A DNA stretch of 64,000 bases from NCBI GenBank assembly GCA_963743305.1, contig CAVUPH010000022.1, positions 32,001 to 96,000 on the forward strand, read 5' to 3'. The position numbers and the translations under genes were made by a program. This document shows positions 60,451 through 64,000 of the stretch, one piece after another. The notes under the pieces are model-generated. The model was not told where the DNA came from and made no database searches. It saw nothing but the letters and a program-made list of their open reading frames with translations. Position 1 is the first letter of the stretch. Each line of letters begins with the position of its first letter. The stretch is from an uncultured delta proteobacterium. GTDB lineage: Bacteria; Desulfobacterota; RBG-13-43-22.

Positions 60451-60786
60451 ATGATCCTGGTCATCACCCGAATGAAGATTTCGGCTGCCAAGCGGCTGGA
60501 GCTGTCACAGACCATTGCTTTATTGATCGGTTCCATGAGGACGGAACCGGGATGTCGGCGTTTCGACTTTTGCCAAAATGTGGAGAATGAAAATGACCTC
60601 TATCTTCTTGAGGAATGGGAAAACCAGGAAAGTCTTAAAAACCACCTGAGATCGGAGCGTTTTAAGGTACTTCGCGGAGCCATGAACCTTCTCCGGGAGC
60701 CCTATGAGATGCAGTTTCACACCCTCGTCCAACTATCGGGGTCGGAGAATTTAATGAGATTAGTGAACCCACCCTTGATGGACTAA
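60451..60786 (+). CDS. ABM domain protein (putative quinol monooxygenase)
   Basis: R.EPGC, LLEEWENQESLKNHLRSERF; start set at MILVITRM. Confidence 0.85.
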   Translation: MILVITRMKISAAKRLELSQTIALLIGSMRTEPGCRRFDFCQNVENENDLYLLEEWENQESLKNHLRSERFKVLRGAMNLLREPYEMQFHTLVQLSGSENLMRLVNPPLMD

Positions 60787-60858
60787 AACGAAGGGGATGT
60801 TTGGACGAAGGACCTTGCCGGCAAATTAATCACTTACCAAAAGAAAGAGAGGCAGCTT

Positions 60859-61389
60859 ATGCGTTTTAGCAAGATCTTCCTATTGATGACTTTGAGTCTG
60901 GCCGTTGGTTTCTTGGGTTGCACGACAGCGCAAAAGACGGAGGCTCCCAAACAGGAGCAGGTTACAAAAAATCTGGTTCCCCCAAAGGCCGAGGTCAAGG
61001 GCCAGAATTTTCTTTTGGAGCTTAGCGACCTTCAAGTCACTATGATGGTAGACAAAACTTCGAAGGAGATCACCGGTACACCGAACCTTAAAGGCCGCAT
61101 CAAAATAACCAATCAATCAACTGATAATCTGGAAATACAAGGGGTTACCTTGGAATACCTGGATCAAGCGGGTCAGCCCATTCCTTTTACCTCCGGAGAG
61201 AAAATATCGAAGGCCACCATTTTCTTGCAGGCGGTTAAGCCCGGAGAGATTACCGAAGGTTCCATCGACGCCACCATCCCCAGGATGGCGCTCAAGGAAA
61301 AGGCCCTGGGAAAAATTGAAGTCAACCTGGTCTATGTCCCGACGCCGCTTAAACGAGAGAAGTTGTCCTTTTCTCAAAAGGTTGAATAG
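60859..61389 (+). CDS. Hypothetical lipoprotein
   Basis: Lipobox FLGC, beta-rich mature region. Confidence 0.75.
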   Translation: MRFSKIFLLMTLSLAVGFLGCTTAQKTEAPKQEQVTKNLVPPKAEVKGQNFLLELSDLQVTMMVDKTSKEITGTPNLKGRIKITNQSTDNLEIQGVTLEYLDQAGQPIPFTSGEKISKATIFLQAVKPGEITEGSIDATIPRMALKEKALGKIEVNLVYVPTPLKREKLSFSQKVE

Positions 61390-61557
61390 CCTGACGGGCT
61401 AGAAATACCGTCTTTTATTCAATAAAATACAGGATTAACCCTATTTGAAAATTATTTATGTCAGAGTAATTTTTAAAAGAGGGGCTGGTTTGGGGTACTC
61501 GTGGCGCCCGGGTGATCGATCCGAAAAAAATAATCAACTTTTCTTAAAAAGAGGAGG

Positions 61558-61995
61558 GTGTTTCACGTGAGTATAACCATGCCGGGAATGGAAACAAAGG
61601 GTGATTTTGAAAAAATCAGCAAGAAAAAACTAATGGAAGACCTCATGACCGTGGTGAACGATGCGGAAGAGTTGCTGAAAAGGGTTGCTTCCGACCAGAC
61701 CAGGGAATGGATTGCCATGGCGCAGGCCAAGGCGAAAAAATCGCTAAAGGCCGCCAATGACTGGCTCGCCGAGGAAGAAGCAACGATGACGGCCAAGGCC
61801 AGGGCAACGGCCAGGGCTACCGAGGACTATGTCCGGACCAATACCTGGATGGTCATGGGGATGGCGGCTATGGCCGGCTTGGTCGTCGGTATTTTGGCTG
61901 TACGACGCGGGCTGCCCGTCATAGAGGAGGGGAAAAGGCTGGTCACTCAAGTTTTGGGTACCGGGGACGATGGAAAAGTGCTGGAGAAACTCTAG
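61558..61995 (+). CDS. DUF883/ElaB/YqjD family protein (start may be 61567 or later)
   Basis: LMEDL..VVNDAEELL ... TEDYVRTNTW..MGMAAMAGLVVGIL. Confidence 0.85.
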   Translation: MFHVSITMPGMETKGDFEKISKKKLMEDLMTVVNDAEELLKRVASDQTREWIAMAQAKAKKSLKAANDWLAEEEATMTAKARATARATEDYVRTNTWMVMGMAAMAGLVVGILAVRRGLPVIEEGKRLVTQVLGTGDDGKVLEKL

Positions 61996-62025
61996 GAGAA
62001 CAATCCCTATAAAGGAAGGATAACC

Positions 62026-62670
62026 ATGCCACAGAAGATATTCTTTTCAATGCTTTTCATAGGTTTTCTCCTGATCGCCTGGGCTTTCCCTTCAGGACCG
62101 AAAGCTCAACCTGCTCAATCTTCAACGGTTAAGGCAGAGGAACCTGAATCTTCATTTCAGAAAGCTGATGAGTTCTTTCTGAAGAAAGACTTAAAAGCGG
62201 CTGCCGCTGAAATTCGCAAAGGCGCCGGATTTCTAAAAAAGGAAGTAAAAAAGGCCTCAAAGGATGGGAAAAGGGGCCTCCAGGCGTCCGTTCAAGAATT
62301 AGAGCAATTAGCCAAGGAGGTTGAAAAAGGGACAGTGACTTCCGAGGACAAACTCAAAGAAACCTTTGCGAGATCCTATGAGGCCTTAGCGCATCATCAA
62401 TATCTCAAGGCTTCTGAATCCTGGGCGAAGAAAAAGACCAAAGAGACCGGCCAGGCCCTGACCGCCGCAGCGCAGTATCTGGAGGAAACGGCCAGATGGT
62501 CGGGTCGCAAACTGGAAACGGGTACGGCTGACGCCGTAAGCTACGCCCGTACGGTCGGCGGAAAACTCATCAAAGGTGCAGGTTATGGCGTGGAAGAGGT
62601 TGGAAAAGGGATCAAAGAAATGGGCCGTGAGCTTTCCAACCTCGTCAAAAAGACGGAGCCTCAAAAATAA
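62026..62670 (+). CDS. Secreted helical hypothetical protein
   Basis: Signal peptide, Ala/Lys/Glu-rich helices, AAAGGAAGG RBS. Confidence 0.75.
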   Translation: MPQKIFFSMLFIGFLLIAWAFPSGPKAQPAQSSTVKAEEPESSFQKADEFFLKKDLKAAAAEIRKGAGFLKKEVKKASKDGKRGLQASVQELEQLAKEVEKGTVTSEDKLKETFARSYEALAHHQYLKASESWAKKKTKETGQALTAAAQYLEETARWSGRKLETGTADAVSYARTVGGKLIKGAGYGVEEVGKGIKEMGRELSNLVKKTEPQK

Positions 62671-62690
62671 TTAGTGGGCACGATCATTCT

Positions 62691-62846
62691 TGATGGTTAA
62701 GCAAAAAGTCGCCAGCGCTGTCATTGCGAGGAGTGAAGCGACGAAGCAATCCCCAAGAATTATCCGGTTACCATGGGGGGATTGCTTCCCCCGGATCAGG
62801 TCCGGGGTCGCAATGACAGGTTCTTGGACTTTTTGCGAGGTTGTCA
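62691..62846. mobile_element. MITE-like nested palindromic element
   Basis: Outer arms GCAAAAAGTC/GACTTTTTGC, inner CTGTCATTGCGA/TCGCAATGACAG and GAAGCAATCCCC/GGGGATTGCTTC, plus CCCCGGA-TCAGG-TCCGGGG; no coding capacity. Confidence 0.65.
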
Positions 62847-62974
62847 CTCTTTAGGCGTATAAAAAGCGGCTTGTTACTAGACAACCTATTTAGTTCCCGG
62901 AAAGATGGAACTTCAAAAAGTCGCGGAGGCAGCAGAAGGGCAGTTCGATGATCCAAAAATAGGAGATCCCTGAA

Positions 62975-63298
62975 ATGAAAAGATATCTGGCATTGTCTCT
63001 TCCGATGATAACCGGTTGGCTCGTCTCCTGCAGCGGTCAAGGATACTATGGCCCGCAAGGTCCCGGTGGATGGGGGCCCATGATGCATTACGGATTTGGA
63101 TATGGAGGGATGTTCATGTGGATCCTATTCCTGATCGTCATTGGATTTCTGATCTATTTTATGGCGCAGACCCAAAAAACGAAGGGCCAGACGCCGAACC
63201 AGCCTGAAAGTCCCCTGGATATCCTGAAGAGGCGTTACGCCAAAGGGGAAATCGGAAAGGAAGAATATGAGAGCCTGAAAAAAGACCTTTCAGAATAG
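62975..63298 (+). CDS. SHOCT domain membrane (lipo)protein
   Basis: LVSC, G/M-rich tract, TM, SPLDILKRRYAKGEIGKEEYE. Confidence 0.88.
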   Translation: MKRYLALSLPMITGWLVSCSGQGYYGPQGPGGWGPMMHYGFGYGGMFMWILFLIVIGFLIYFMAQTQKTKGQTPNQPESPLDILKRRYAKGEIGKEEYESLKKDLSE

Positions 63299-63355
63299 AT
63301 CCTGACGGTGGGTCGAGTCAAAATAGGCACTTTGGTTGCCGGAAAGGAGGTCTCG

Positions 63356-63496
63356 ATGCTTTGGACCATAGTGGTAATCCTCTTAATTTTGTGGTTGCTG
63401 GGATTTATCGGTCATGTAGGCGGTGGACTCGTTCATCTCCTGTTGGTCATCGCCGTCGTCGTGGTACTGATCCAAGTGATCCAGGGACGCAGGTGA
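63356..63496 (+). CDS. lmo0937/DUF5670 family small membrane protein
   Basis: MLWTIVVILLILWLLGF...GGLVHLLLVIAVVV...GRR; AAAGGAGG RBS. Confidence 0.88.
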   Translation: MLWTIVVILLILWLLGFIGHVGGGLVHLLLVIAVVVVLIQVIQGRR

Positions 63497-63650
63497 TGGT
63501 ATCCGTTGGGGGACTTGCCGGAAAAGGATGAGTATTTGGAAAAAAAGTATTCGGGAGGTCCGGAAAGATTTAGCCGAACCGTACGAGACTTTCAGTTAGA
63601 AAGACTTTCGTAACCCATTAACCGCTAAACGACAGATAGGAGTAATCGCC

Positions 63651-63965
63651 ATGAAAAAGAGAAATTTTGTTATCCGTTATTTTGTTCTTTTATTACTGGT
63701 CGCCTTCTTGGCAGCCTGTGCCTCGACACGCACCCAGGAAAGTACCGGTGAATATGTTGACGATTCGGTCATTACCACCAAGGTAAAATCCCTGCTGGCC
63801 GCGGATGATTTTTTGAAGTCATTCAAAATTGGGGTGGAAACGTACAAGGGCGTCGTTCAACTGAGCGGATTTGTCAATACCCAAAAGGCTGTTGATAAAG
63901 CCATTCAAATTACCAGGAGCGTCAAAGGGGTCACTTCCATAAAGAATGACCTGGTCGTGAAATAG
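63651..63965 (+). CDS. BON domain lipoprotein (OsmY-like)
   Basis: Lipobox LAAC, DDSVITTKVKS, VETYKGVVQLSGFV. Confidence 0.92.
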   Translation: MKKRNFVIRYFVLLLLVAFLAACASTRTQESTGEYVDDSVITTKVKSLLAADDFLKSFKIGVETYKGVVQLSGFVNTQKAVDKAIQITRSVKGVTSIKNDLVVK

Positions 63966-64000
63966 AGGGTCGCTGTCCCTATTTTTGAGATCTATAATTC

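Noticed and set aside
1-64000. rRNA, tRNA, integrase, transposase or phage genes
   Set aside because: No recognisable motifs or structures found by eye; a covariance-model search was not possible

Overview
Bacterial DNA, probably Desulfobacterota/deltaproteobacteria-like (inferred from gene style only). Clustered single-base indels suggest long-read errors in places. Positions 1-12.4 kb hold a minus-strand lipid/polyketide operon: YghO/ceramide-synthase-like GNAT, a ~2,660-codon iterative PKS/FAS (ER-KS-AT-ACP-KR-DH, five frameshifts), PPTase, ABC exporter and a B12-binding radical SAM gene cut by the window edge. Positions 12.7-64 kb are a stress/storage island: CsbD x2, BON x2, YtxH, DUF883, DUF3096, DUF3309, lmo0937-like, Spy/CpxP, PRC-barrel, VIT1, AI-2E, YihY, glycogen enzymes, pgi/pgm/xfp/ackA/rpiB, P-type H+-ATPase, FtsH and several unannotated microproteins. 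The main finding is a ~147-bp regulatory module present four times. It consists of two tandem CCTCCA-N4-TGGAGG palindromes, an IHF-like site 46-47 bp downstream, and an exact GG-N10-GC sigma54 promoter 97-99 bp downstream. Each copy heads a cluster of general-stress genes, and one sits 25 bp from a PAS/AAA+ sigma54 activator gene. This suggests a sigma54 enhancer-driven general stress regulon. No rRNA, tRNA, CRISPR array or transposase was seen.
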